A stretch of DNA of 64,000 bases from Octopus vulgaris (Eukaryota): positions 119,970,001 to 120,034,000 of the forward strand of contig OX597820.1 of NCBI GenBank assembly GCA_951406725.2, in the 5' to 3' direction. A program made the translations under genes and the position numbers. The notes beneath the pieces are model-generated. The model made no database searches, had not been told where the DNA came from, and saw only the letters and a list, made by a program, of their open reading frames with translations. Position 1 is the stretch's first letter. Each line of letters starts with the position of its first letter. Shown piece after piece: positions 13,838-28,885 of this stretch.

Positions 13838-14956
13838 TCATCAGCAATACCATCAGCGCCACCTTCACCGCTAACATTGCCGCACACATCATCTGCACCA
13901 AAACCACAAGAATCAATGTCATCACCAAGAATATCGCCGTTATCCTCATCGCCACAACTTCCTTGGCACAACAATTATTTCACAATAGCATAATTCTCGC
14001 CTCTCTTTTTGTCACCATAGTCATTTGTTTCACTGATATCCTAATTGTCATCATCATCGCCATCACCGTCATCATATACCTTATCGTCACCAGCAGCAAC
14101 AGTAGCCGCAGCAGCAGTGTTAAGGTCATCACAGCAATTTCACAATATTCCAGCTGATAATAGATGGCGAAACGTACCAGGCGAATGGTGTGTTCTCAAT
14201 TTCCCTGCATAATAGGAAAGTCGACGTTTGTCTGGGAAAGAAGATAGAATGGTATCTTCGTATGGGTTTGTGTATAATGTGTCAAAGAACAAATTATGCT
14301 CAGGTCAGCGCTTTGCTGGATTCTTGTTCACATTCCTTCAAATCATTATTCCAGTTATCGCTATGCAACAACTTTTCTTTATTTAGAGAAGATACAGCAA
14401 TCACTCGTTTCATTGAATGATGTTATTATTGTTTCACACTTGCTGTTTAGTACGGCTTTCAACGTAGAACCTTAACGAAATTATTTTGTAATTGATATTC
14501 TAACATATTCATCCACAACGACTTGCGATTTTGTTTTTGTTTTTAAATTGGAGGATGTTTGACGAAATTTTGGTTACGATTTCTGGTATTTCGTATTTTC
14601 TTCGGACTTAGATGGATAAAATAAATGGATAAACAGCTTGAATATCCGTAGGCAGATAGCTGGAGAACAATTTGTGAGTTGCAGGCGAATGAGATGCTTT
14701 TGAAAAACAAAATGATTGTGGGGTTATGTAAGGAATTGTGAAGTAAATTTGATTTCTTTAAAAACGAAAACTCGAAGGACATTTTCAGTTTCGTTAAAAG
14801 TCTAAGATACATTGTTTCTCTTAGAATAAAGAAGCTATTACATTTCCTGTAGATACAGGAGATGGAGGAATGAGTTAAAAAAAAAACTTGTGAAATTAGT
14901 TATTATTGTCGAAATTTTGTTTGCACTTTTACAGTACTGAAGCAATACAGTTATAA

Positions 14957-15380
14957 GGCATAGTCATGACTGTGGCATAAGATTTGCTTCCCAAACAAAT
15001 AGGTTCGATTACAGACGCAATTCAAGCCGATCAAAGCCTTGCGAGTGGATTTGGTAGAGGTGGAATGAAAGCAGCTCATCGTTTATATATGCATTATTAT
15101 ATATGTAGATATCTGTGTGTGTGTTTGTGTGTATATGTGTGTGCACGTGTGTGTGTGTATCTCGGTATCGGCGTTCGTTCATCATCTGTGCTTGACAAGA
15201 GAGGTTGGTGTGTTTACGTTCTATATCATGGCGGCTCGGCCAAAGTGATCGACAAAATGAATATGGAAGAAGCTTTAAAATTAAGTACTGTGGTCAATTC
15301 ATTTGAATGAAATTCTTCAAGATGTCCCAGCATGACCGCTGACCCATGACTGAAATAAGCAAAAAAAAAAAAAAAAAAAG
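14957..15380 (+). mobile_element. Degenerate SINE family C copy
   Basis: GCCTTGCGAGTGGATTTGGTAGA, internal TG tract, ATGACTGAAATAAG tail. Confidence 0.75.
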
Positions 15381-16299
15381 ATCGCGTTCTACCATTTGCT
15401 TTAGATTGTTATTGATTTTCAGGGCCAGTGTATCTTCATCAAACTTTACATTAAGTCTGTGTCAAGTTTTAAGACATTTGTACACGGGTTAAGTGAAAAT
15501 TGTGTTTCGTTTCCATGAAGGGAAATAACTGCGTAGAACTTGTCTCGTTAGTTTTATGTGCGGTAGATATACAAAGCTGTTAGCTGTAACACTTGCAACC
15601 GACTGATTTTTTTAGAAGTAGCCTACGATGTTTCTATATATGATATTATCATCTTCATAGAACTAAATTATTTTTGGGACTGTATAGCTTTAACACTTTT
15701 TCCTTAATTGAGAGAACCTCAAGGAATTCTCTGGCCATAAAGATGAAGATGTTTCATTAAGATTTAAATTTTACAGTATAATATGCATTTTTATATACAT
15801 TTAATTGTGTGTGTATACGTATATACGCATGTGTCTATGAGTGACAACGCGTATTTATACGTGCGTGTGATCCATTTTTTTATATCTTAGATGCACGTGT
15901 GAAAAACCGAATCTCATAAATCACTATAGGTTAGATTATCGACGGATAGCTGCAAAAACTTCCACTTGATAGAATGTTAAGTAATCATTGGGATATAACC
16001 AGAGGCAAACGAAATATTCATAATTGCAAACTAATAGGATGACGACTGCGATAGGTAGGGTTATATCCCCAGGCAATATGCACAATTAAATACGAAGCAT
16101 TATATGTTCTCCACTGAAAGATTGGTGGTTTGTCGAATTTCGTGTGTATGGAAATAGTTAATATAATATATACGCATATGTATATAGCTGTAAGCATAGA
16201 ATCATACACAGACAACCCATAAGACACACATACACACACACACATTATATTTTAATGTATTATTGATATGTATATATAACATAAGTAAGCGTATATATA

Positions 16300-16330
<31 letters not shown>

Positions 16331-16361
16331 CATATAACTATAGATCTAGATATTTATACAC

Positions 16362-16405
<44 letters not shown>

Positions 16406-16734
16406 GCACACATCATACACACATATACACGCATATGTATGCGTGTATATGTGTGTATATATATAAGTATACACACACAACACTCACACGCGTGTATATA
16501 TATATAAGTATACACACAAAACACACTCACGCTTGTATATATATCGTCAAACATGAGACGTAAAGGTACAATCGTTACATAAGTTATTGAGTTGTGCTGT
16601 GTTAAAAGAAATAGTTCACCTCCTTTTGAATTTGATATTTTTGCTTATGTACAGGCTTATGAACAACTACGTACTTTGTTTCCAGTGGATATATTACTTT
16701 AGACATTCTAATAAATTCTAATAAATTACCAATT

Positions 16735-16782
16735 CTATTCTACTCAGGACACAAGGTCCGAAATTTCGGAGGAGGCGGGGCA
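16735..16782 (-). mobile_element. SINE D alternative 3' tail fragment
   Basis: TTCTACTCAGGACACAAGGTCCGAAATTT matches 34075-34110. Confidence 0.55.
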
Positions 16783-16894
16783 GAATATTTGCCCAGCTGT
16801 TGGTAACGGATCCGGGGAAATGCCGTGAAATGTCCGGGAACAGGGAAAATAAGAAAACTTCACGAAAAAATGATAGTCCAATGACGACAATCAT

Positions 16895-17182
16895 CGCCAC
16901 TGGACTATATTCTCTTTGGCCCAATGAAAGACGGTTTGAGAGGCAAACAGTATACTAGTGACGAAGGTGTGAAAACTGTAGTGAAAAAATAGCTCAAAGA
17001 ACAATCAACAGAATTTTACGGGGCAGGTGGAACATTGCTATTGAGAGAAACAATGACTATGTTGAGGAATAGGGATGTGATCCACAGCGGACCAGCTTGA
17101 TTTTGATGTATGATACATGTTCTTGTGTTGGTAATTATACCTGTCCTAAACAAAATAGTATTAATTTTGACTTACTCTCGTA
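16895..17182 (+). mobile_element. Mariner transposase C-terminal fragment and right TIR
   Basis: DYILFGPMKDGLRGKQYTSDEGVKTVVKK*LKEQSTEFY...RWNIAIERNNDYVE; ends TTTTGACTTACTCTCG|TA. Confidence 0.8.
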
Positions 17183-17328
17183 CATTGGTTGCGTCTTCAC
17201 CAATAAAAGGCAAATTAGAAAGCACCATAGGTTTTGCCTTCTGTCAATTTAGAGAATTTCTTCCGATGTAACCTGAAGCGCTTCTAATACTTAACTTCAG
17301 GGAATGTTTAGTCCACATGTATTTCTTC

Positions 17329-17445
<117 letters not shown>

Positions 17446-17834
17446 TATATATATAATTATATATATGCATGCTTGTATGTATGTATAGCAAGATATATAT
17501 GTATATTTATATACGTGTGCCCTCGTAGTATGGATTCTCACCTGTGGCAAAGAAACGCTGTTATGTTTGACAAAATTATTGCAAATATATTTTTGTTGCA
17601 TCTCGAATAGATCTAAATGTTACATCACCTCATTTTATATTAAAGGAAGCATAACCTTCACACAGCTGATGTACGAAGTCTTTTCTGCAGTGTGTATATC
17701 GGTAACAATTACTGTTGTAATCAACGCATTCAAGATAAAATATTTAAGTATGTGGAACATATTTTAGATGTTGTTTTCTTATCTGTTAATTTTGACCTTG
17801 GTGTTGTATATGTAGTGCATATATATATACAATA

Positions 17835-18171
17835 ATAACAAAGGGTGAAATTAATTAATTAAGAAGTAATCAATAATTTCCCCAAGTAGAATTCGGCATG
17901 AAAAAAGACAATTTCATGGTAAGTTTAAGTAATACTATAAAATTAGGGTTCAGCAACGATTTGCTTCACCACACACCGAAGTTTAGAAATAGCAGTCAAA
18001 AAATCTTAGCTATTCCTTCTATTTTAAAGGGAATTCCCAGAGTTGTTTTCAAGTGCTTTGGTTTTTCTGGGAACTCCCTTTAAAGTAGAAGGAATAGCTA
18101 AGATTTTTTGACTGCTATTTCTAAACTTCGGTGTGTGGTGAAGCAAACCGTTGCTGAACCCTAATTATATA

Positions 18172-18175
<4 letters not shown>
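17835..18175. mobile_element. PLE-like terminal-repeat relic as asymmetric hairpin
   Basis: Near-perfect arms 17932-18041 and 18066-18175 plus ~100-bp unpaired left extension; ends in (TA)n. Confidence 0.75.
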
Positions 18176-19276
<1,101 letters not shown>

Positions 19277-19942
19277 ATATAGAAGAAAAAGGAGAAACGA
19301 AGAAGAAAAAGGCGGATGATGTAAAGGGAGAAGAGATGAAAGTTAATCAGTGTTTGAGTAAAATGTGAACATGAGGCACGTGATGGAGATCAGTGTGAGA
19401 AAAACAAAGAATATTAAATATTGATTTCAAATTTTGGCACAAGGCCAGTAATTTTAGGGGAGGAGCCTAATCGATTACAATAATCCTAGTGATCAAATGG
19501 TACTTATTTTATCAACCCAGAAAGGATATTTAATATTAGAGGTAAAAAGTAAACAAATAGCCAGAAAGCCATTTTGACCTTTATTCCATTAAATGGGTGA
19601 CATCGTTAGAATTAGTTCATTCTGTTTCAATGGATTTATTCGTATGTATCTTAAGGCTTATATTCCTGGTGGAAATTGAACTTAAAATAGCAGGTACTCC
19701 GATTTCTTGCAAAGTCTACAATTGTGAGGTATCTTGATACATACAAGCTTAACGATCCTGATACGTTCGTGTCCCATGATCCATGTAGTCATCCATATGC
19801 CAATGTGAAAGAGATTTAGTTCCAGACTATATCCCCATTGAAATCTCTAATCGTATTCGAGTGTAAGAAATCTTAAATAGGATCTTGACCACATGCCTTA
19901 TTCAGTCCTCTTTAGCGCATCTCTCCTGTACGTGTATCTTTC

Positions 19943-19979
<37 letters not shown>

Positions 19980-19992
19980 CGTGTGTATGTGT

Positions 19993-20043
<51 letters not shown>

Positions 20044-20914
20044 GTGTGTGTGTGTGTCTCTCTCTCTCTGTGAACGTGTGTTTCTATTACCGCTGTATTT
20101 AACAGAATTCGTACTTGTAGCTGGCTGTATATGTTTCTTTATAAATATGAAATATATCATTCCGTTGGTTTGGAGCAGAGAAAATCTATTTCATATAAAA
20201 ATATATAGAGAAGTATTTTATCTTTCATAAGATTTCAGCAATTTGAAAAATCTTTTTTAATGAGATTCAATAAAATTCCGTGGTTTATTGCCGCATTTGT
20301 TATTGAAGTTAATTAAAAATTACATCTCATTAATTAAACACTCAAATCGCCGGATATCACTCTAGTTAGCTCTATTAATTTGCTAGTGATAGCATCAACA
20401 ACACATCATGGATTGTGCTACATCATACTATTATCGCTGTAAGCATGAATTAGGTGTATCGATTGATTTTTTAAGGGATTTCGCTTGAGTAAATATACCG
20501 AACTACCTGCGATTCCAATATTAATTACAAGAATGGAATTAATACTTCACTTAGATCATAAGTGTATTGCTCCGAATATTCTTTGCGTATTATTCTGCAT
20601 TGATTACCGCAATATCAAAGAATGATATTTCCATTTACGACAGAAAAACACAAATTTGATATATTTTTCGCAACGTGTTTTTTTTCTTTTGGTAATTAAA
20701 TCTTTCTTTTATTATGCTCAAATGTTCGGTGTATATAATTTTCAATACTTACACCACATCTTAAAATTTGCATAATTATCCGTAATTTTGGCAATAATAA
20801 AATACAGCAAAACTTGAGCTGCATTTTATTTAATTATTCTTTTATTCATTTGTAAGTCAAATTTTGTTTCTTTATTAATGATTCATTTATCGAATAATAT
20901 TCTATTAAATTTCG

Positions 20915-21105
20915 TTTTTAGATTTGGTTTGCAAGATTCTTTATGTGAGTACGTGTGTTGAAGCATATTCTGTTGTGTCTGGGGAGGGTAATTTCTTTTG
21001 TACCTTATAATTTAACACACTCACCGGTAAAATTTCCACTCATTTCTTATTTTTATTTTCATAAAATTTTCGTTGCCTCTTGCAACCTCTTCAATAGTCT
21101 TGACT
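20915..21105 (-). mobile_element. Probable PLE-like relic with decayed hammerhead
   Basis: Minus strand TTGAAGA g gttgc aagag gcaac GAAA att; left part similar to 43340-43400. Confidence 0.45.
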
Positions 21106-21414
21106 CTCTCAGTCTTGATTCTATTAAATATATGCTAAAATTTCTCCTCTTCGGCCCAATCTACTACATGTAACTTCTATATGATCATTTTCTTTAAAAA
21201 CGGATCGATCCTGACGCAACTGAATCATCGATGATCCTCTGGTGTTGTTGTGTCAGGATTTCTGCAGTCTTAGGTTCAATAACCACATAGCAACTCTAAT
21301 TATTATATCATTTCAATATTCTGATGCAAAATTTTCACGTTAGTTGTTATGTTAAAGTCTTAAATGATCCTCTCATCCATAGATAACATTACTGACCATC
21401 TGAAAACAACACAG

Positions 21415-21836
21415 GGATCTTGTCGGTTTGAACGGCAGTTTTTAACAGAATTTCTAGGTTACTAAAACATGTTAAACTTCGTATACTGGTAGAATGGGTT
21501 TATAAAACATCTTTTTCTTTTGGCTTTATTGAGAAAATTCTTTAGTTTGTAAGCTATTTGTTGTTTTTTCTTCAATCTCTGTAATTTCAAACAATCAATG
21601 GTGTGTATTGAGGTAAAAAGCATTCTGTGCCATATGAATATGTCCCTCGTTTAAGAAACAGATTGGGTTTATTTACATTTGTGAAGAAAAAAAGATACCC
21701 TTCTCCCCACCCCTAACCCTAACTCTGACCCCCAAAACGGATTGAAATGCAATAGATCGATACTAAGGTAATAAGTATGGGTGACCATTTCATATGGCAC
21801 CGCTAGACAAAACTGCCGTTCAAACCGAAAAGATCC
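21415..21836 (-). mobile_element. GGATC-TIR MITE copy 3 with perfect 8-bp TSD
   Basis: CAACACAG at 21407-21414 and 21837-21844. Confidence 0.9.
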
Positions 21837-22383
21837 CAACACAGTAAACATGGAATGGTGAATTGTGATAATTTAGCTTTGTTACATGTAATTCCAAATA
21901 TATTATTATATAGGAAAAAGGAAAGCTTACGATATATTGTTACAAAAATAATTTAGTTGTGCTGTAATTAAAATCCTAGTCTTATTCTTCTTTATGTTCA
22001 TGCAGTTGAAACTCTTTAGAAAAGAATGCAACGTAATCTAACGCTTCTGGGCTGGGTTTCAATTTCGAACACCTCCCCTTGCCGCACACATTTCTCATGA
22101 CTCATTGAATCAGTGAAACGTATTTTCTTAGTTTATCTTTGAAGCGAGCTTCAATTAAAATGTTGGCTGTTTCTTGAAAATAAAAATATAATTAACTGAT
22201 CGATACCTATGTTAGAACACATGAAAGGAGATGGATAACCGATATTATTCTGTAAAACCTACGGAAACGTACATATTGGGATTCGCCTGTAATAATTATT
22301 GAGTGGATTTAGTTACAATATCACCAATTGAAATTTCGATTACACATTTCATATAAACGCAAACATCAGCTATAAATACACGT

Positions 22384-22429
<46 letters not shown>

Positions 22430-22434
<5 letters not shown>

Positions 22435-22607
22435 AAATAAGAAAATGGAGAAATACATCTATATCATCTATCAACTACCAGATAATACCCAATCACATAC
22501 TTTATTAAACCACTACATATGTAGTGGTTTAATAAAGTATGTGATTGGGTATTATCTGGTAGTTGATAGATGATATAGATGTATTTCTCCATTTTCTTAT
22601 TTTGTAT
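22430..22607. repeat. Perfect spacerless 178-bp palindrome with 3' extension to 22782, inside (TA)n
   Basis: Centre CACTACAT|ATGTAGTG; ORF track gives identical translations on both strands. Confidence 0.9.
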
Positions 22608-22779
22608 TATTAATTTATGGTAAAAAATAATTTTACCTTTGCCCATGTAATACAGTAAATGAATTAATTGCATCGCAATTCTTAACATTTATGTATTAAC
22701 TTTGTTGGGTACTTCACTAGCAGTATATTGGATATATGTTATCCCATGGAGGGTTGAATTTGAAACCCCTATCTCAATT

Positions 22780-22840
<61 letters not shown>

Positions 22841-23797
22841 CATGTGGGTTTAGTTCAAGGGTGATCTAAACGATTAGGTATGGTAGGTAAGTGCTGTAAC
22901 GAATTACTGGGGCTCCAAACTTATGGCCGAGGCGGTAGCTATGGAGCTATTGTAAATTTCCAATGCAGAGGATATATAATTGCTTGGTATCTATACATAT
23001 ATATATATCTGTGTTTGTGTGTGTGTGTTTGTGTGTGTGTCTGTGTGTGTGCGTGTGTGTGTCTATGTTTGCGTGTGTGTTTATGTACGTAAATACATGT
23101 ATGTATACGTATAAATCTATATACATATTTATTATTCATTAACAAGTATAGTATTGGCAGTAATTTACAGGCGTTGGCAAGCTAATCTATTACTGGCTCA
23201 ACCGATCATGGTTTAACTTTCCAAAATTTCGAAGTCACTATCAATGTTACATTTGTTACCAAAGTAATCCTTCAGTTTAATGTAGAACTGTTTTTATTAT
23301 AAATTATCTCAAGACTAACTTTAGTCATTGTATTTATCCATTTATGAAGAGAACGATTAATGGCTCATCGCAAGCTATCTGGTCAAAATTCCAGGAACTC
23401 GAATTCTATGGATAATATACTCCCCCTACAGGACGTGAAGTCGGACCGTTGCAGGATTACTTATCTTTGCCAGCTGTGAGGACTGGAGAAACGTGAAAAG
23501 GAGTGGAGAAACAGGAAAAGAGCTCAAAGCATCGCCAGGTCGACGAATAGAAATCACATTTATACGTTCAGGAGTGCAGGCATGTATGTTAATGTGTATG
23601 CATGTATGTATGTATGTATGTATGTATGTATGTATGTATGTATGTATGTATGTATGTATGTATGTATTAATGAGTGTATATACGTATGTATATATCTATA
23701 GGTATTTATATTTATATAACTATATATCTATATCTATATATATATAACAATTATATTATATATATATATATTCATGCACATATACATACATATACAG

Positions 23798-23857
<60 letters not shown>

Positions 23858-23864
<7 letters not shown>

Positions 23865-24179
23865 GAAAAGAAACACCTTTTATCAATTCAAAATTAACAA
23901 TTAAATTACACCATCTAGAAAATTACATATAATAGAAATAATAAAATTAAAATAACAATAAAATACCAATGATTAAGTAAATTGCAAAAAAAAATAATTA
24001 TAACGTATATAATTGGTAGAATAACGGCACGTGTTCGTGGCTATATTTAAGAAATGATTATAGTAAAACAATTAATAGTATTAGTAAAATCACTTAGACA
24101 TAAATATAGCCACTCATCAGGTTAAAAATAATCTAGAATAATAAAATAATTAATTAATAAATATACTGTAATGTATGTA

Positions 24180-24225
<46 letters not shown>

Positions 24226-24495
24226 TATACATTAAGTGAAAACTAAAACAATACTTAAATTATTAAATACTTTAAAATTAATTAATATACACAAAATTTA
24301 TATTTTATTGTTATTTTAATTTTAATATTTCTATTATATGTAATTTTCTAGACGGTGTAATTTAATTGTTCATTTTGAATTGATAAAATGTGTTTTTTTT
24401 TCTAAAATTTTTTATATATATCATATTGTGTGAAATTTGATTTGTATTTTTAAATTGAATTTTTTTCCCTTTAAGTTTGGATTTATATTCCCTCA
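23858..24495. mobile_element. AT-rich PLE-like relic as asymmetric hairpin
   Basis: Arms ~23858-23965 and 24301-24415, right extension to ~24495, hammerhead in the spacer. Confidence 0.7.
24022..24124 (-). ncRNA. Partly decayed type I hammerhead motif
   Basis: taac CTGATGA gtggctatattta...taaatatagccac GAA cacgtg CC gtta; 13-bp helix II; one A missing and U16.1 altered. Confidence 0.6.
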
Positions 24496-24728
<233 letters not shown>

Positions 24729-25503
24729 GATGTATATGTACATTCAAATGCACATAGGAATACACAGAGGAAGAACTGAATAATTTTACTATTCACAATC
24801 AATTATTTTACACAACTGTCTGATTTGCTGAACCTACATAATAGATCTTGTTATATAATGAATACGCGATTGTATCTAACTGAAGAAGTATATGAAATGT
24901 CATAAACAAGTCAATTCAATTTAAGAGAAGTGTGCAACGCGTTTGCTCTATCAATTCATTGATAAGAATCGTGTTTTTAATACAGTATTTGATAGGAAAA
25001 GTCTGCAGTCTACAGCAGTTTTGTTGATAATAGATTAGAACATAATTAAACCTGCTTTAAGCTATTTTTCAAGAAACCTAACGCTGATAATGCTGATATG
25101 AGTTGTTGATAGTTTTACAAGTGCTGGAATCAGTGCAGTTTCTCACAGTGTTAAATATAGCTTTGTTGAAGTATAAGTTTGCAGTGTTATTTGGAGCCAA
25201 ATAACTTCCAAAATTATCTTCTCACAATAAAGCATGTTTGCTTCTTATTTTAAATAAGGAATATCACATTAGCAAATAAGTTTCTAACTAAAATGACCTG
25301 CAAGTACCGAAAGACTTAGACTAACAAATTTGATACTGGAACGAGGAGGTGAAAGAAGAGACATTTCAAATTATAACCGTTTGGAGTTCACAAAAGTGTG
25401 AGCAACTGGGACAAACTGAAACACATCAATAAACCATTTTCAGCGAATACGCAGTTATAACATTCGGTTAAAATATTTTATTGATGTATTTTGTTTCTCA
25501 TTT

Positions 25504-25591
25504 CGTCCCTGATGAGAAGATCGCATTGTTTTACATGAGTTTATTCCCTCTGGAATAATACCAATGTTTTCATCGAAACGTATGTCAGAAG
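25504..25591 (+). ncRNA. Type I hammerhead motif in PLE-like relic (element ~25500-25770)
   Basis: cgtcc CTGATGA ... GAAA cgtatg TC agaag; sister copy near 52062-52078 (minus) reads GAAA catatg TC ggatg, restoring helix I. Confidence 0.7.
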
Positions 25592-25883
25592 TATAAGGAT
25601 TTTAATAACACCTGCGATTAACTCCAGTTCTTTATCTGTTATGCAAAAACATTTCAGTGAACGCTGGAATTTTTACCTTTTAAGTAGGCTGTAACATCCT
25701 TGGTACTTATATGAATTTTTTGCTACCCTGGTAATTATTTATTTAGTTTTTTTTTCCGTGTTAGTTGTACACGACGAAAAAATACAGACACATTTTTATA
25801 TAAATATATATATATATATAAAAAATCTGTGTGTGTGTGTGTGTAGTTATGTATACATACATAAATCTATATATGCACACACA

Positions 25884-25963
<80 letters not shown>

Positions 25964-25983
25964 CAAACGCACACACACACACA

Positions 25984-26191
25984 TTATCACGCCGGGCAAA
26001 ATGCCTAGCAGTATTTCGTCTGTCGTTACGTTCTGAGTTCAAATTCCGCCGAGGTTGACTTTGCCTTTCATCCTTTCGGGGTCGATAAATAAAGTACCAG
26101 TTTCGCACTGGGGTCGATGTAATCGACTTAATCCGTTTGTCTGTCCTTGTTTGTCCCCTCTGTGTTTAGCCCCTTGTGGGTAGTAAAGAAA
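25984..26191 (+). mobile_element. SINE family D, 5'-truncated monomer
   Basis: GTTCTGAGTTCAAATTCCGCCGAGG; tail CCCCTTGTGGGTAGTAAAGAAA. Confidence 0.9.
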
Positions 26192-26419
26192 CATATATAT
26201 ATATATACATTGCTCCAGCCTTGCGGCAGTTAAATGACCGGATAAGCTAAAACAACAAAAGAATAAAAGAACATATTAACGTTAGAAAATGTGTTGATCA
26301 GCCGTTTATCACTTCAACACTACGACTCTTTCAACGGAGATTCACCATTACAAACTTTCCTGAAGCTTTATATTAACACTTAACTTTACACATGAAGTCA
26401 CTCATCGTCATTATTTCTA

Positions 26420-28885
26420 TTATTGTTTCATATCTCAGAATGCTCGGTCTTGTTTGTTCAAGTAGATTCTGTGAGAGCGGACAGCAGCCTGCTCTCAGAG
26501 GTCTCACGGGGCCCCTTTTCGCATAGCATAAGTTTTGATGCTTGGTTGTTAATTATCGTAGGAGATATTCAACATCTAATCTGAAAAACCTAGCTGTTTC
26601 CAGCAGAGTAGTTTTTGGTCTTGTTCTGCTCTCTTGTCAATTCTTATTTCTTTAACAGATTTCCGAAATTGGTTGTTAGTTTTCCGAGTGCCCCTAGTGC
26701 TACTGGAATACACACAGTCTCCTCATACATTCTCCTCATAGTCCACATTGTTGCAATGTTGTCATTTGTTAGTCTCTGCTTCTCAATTTTTTCTAGTTAT
26801 TTATCACTTATGTGTTCATCCCCAGATATTGCAATATCTATAATCCTGCTTTCCTCTTTTCCTTTATCTACCACAACAATATCTGGTCTCCGAGCCCCGA
26901 TTAGGGAGTCGCATTGAATTGTAAAATCCCACAGTATCTTATGTTCCTTCTTCTCGGTAACTCCTGGTTCGTGTTCGTACCATTTTCGTGCCCTGTTCAG
27001 GCCATACATTTCACATAGCCTCCAATGGACAAACTTAGCCACGTTATCACGCCGCCTTTTATAGTGCATTTGGGCCGGATCGCTTCACAATATGTGAGAT
27101 TGTTTCGTTTTTGTTGCTACACATCCTACAAAGAGACGATTCGCTGACTTTGTCTATTTGGAACGGTGTAATTAGTTCTCAAAGCTGCATATCATTGCCT
27201 TGGTGCACTCTTTCAGATCACTTTTTTCTCAGCCAACTCCAAGTGATGGCGTTGTGTTTTCTTTCGGTTTCTCTAGCTATTACCCATGCAGTGATTTCAT
27301 TTTCTTATTGTTTACTCTTATTTCTTCCTCTCAAGTCTTAAATATTTGCGGGCATCACATTTTCGGTAGGTATTGTATTGTTAATTCTAACAGCAGCAAA
27401 TAATTTTTCACTCTACCATCCCAGATTGTTCTTATCTTTGACAAGAGAAATCCTGCATTCTATGAGGCCTCTTCCTCCCCCTTCCTAGGCACATACAGTC
27501 TGTTAGTATCGATTTTGGTGTGTAGTTCCTTGTTAATTATCATTAATTTTCTGGTTTTCCTGTCCGTTTTCTCAAGTTCTATACCATTAGACGACACTAC
27601 TTTGCCTTTTTACTCCCAAATTCCATTCCGATATCTTCCTGAATATCTTCACCGTTGAAACTTAGCCCAATCATTTTACGTTCGGTCTTTCCAAAATCGT
27701 TTAGTTATTCATGTATAACAACAATCTTTGTTTCAGCTCTTTAAGAACTACATTAAGTCCCTTTTTCTTTATCCTGTATCTACGTTCTTGTTCCTGATAT
27801 TTCCTCTCCCTCTTCCTGTCACCTTTTTCCTTTCATTCCAAGATTTATGTATTCATAGTTCGCCCATCGATTGCTTTATTCTTCTTGGTTCGAGGTCTAC
27901 TTTATTTCCTATATAGATGATACAAGCTTTAATCAATTTATTCGTTCCGGTTTATATTATCTGACTTAATTTCTTTCAGAATTTTATTCACTTTAAATGT
28001 CCACCCGCTCAGCAAATTTTTATCAACTGTTTTGAATCCATTTATTTCCATATCCAGGTTTTCCTCAATGATACTAGAAATGTCTTCCATCATTCCTTTG
28101 TCTTCATTCTTCAGTTCTTCTCTACACTTAGGGCCTAAGACATTATACCTCTCCTGCTGAGAACTATCATTAAGTGTAGCATCATCAGCTTTCAGTATAT
28201 TTACTTCTGTTTGACTCCTCGTGTTTTCGATCACCCTTTTCCTAATCTTGCCGAGCTCTAATACTGTTAACCATCCTTTCCTCCTCATTGCTCCTATCTG
28301 GCCACAGAGTCTCTGTTCCGTAAAATCTGAACACTGCTTCTCCATCCATATGTTATCCATTCTCTTTCTATATCCTCTTATGGGTTCCCCTTCATTATCA
28401 GTGGGTCTACTCAAAACATAACATTCCACGACAGCTGTATTCATCGTTTTTGCTGCTCACCCACAGGACACCTTCCGGGCGAAAGTTCGTCTCCCCTAGT
28501 TATGTCCACATTTACGCCGTTGTTTCTGTTAATTCCATTAGTCATTACTCTCATGCAGAGGTATGTATTGATAAGGTGTTACAACCACCATCTCAACTGG
28601 GCTTTGTAAAAAAAGACTCGAATTGGCCCTTCTATCCTTAGAAGTATAGGCGAGCTTTCCAGCTTTGGGCATCAACCCTGTATTCAAAGCTCCGCAGCTG
28701 GTGAAATATTTGTTATTGGGATGGCCATTGACTCTTCAGCCATTACAGAGGACTCCTGTTTCATCCTGCAGGCTGACCAAATAGCAAAAGAACACCCTCC
28801 TCGCACTACAAGCCCTGTGGGGTGATGGGTTTTGTCGCCGACAGCCCGAGAGACGAAGAAACGGGGAGAGGTAGGAGTTTAATAG
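26420..28885 (-). mobile_element. Decayed, internally deleted R4/Dong-like RLE LINE
   Basis: N-terminal ECY...GYRKRM..IW...TEQRL motif (27938-28444); RLE domain WYEHEP...ILWDFTIQCD...RRPDIVVVD...IIDIA (26797-27069); 5' end beside a TAA tract. Confidence 0.85.

Noticed and set aside
13691-13993. Ser/Pro-rich 100-aa ORF
   Set aside because: SINE D sequence followed by degenerate (CAT/CAC)n repeats
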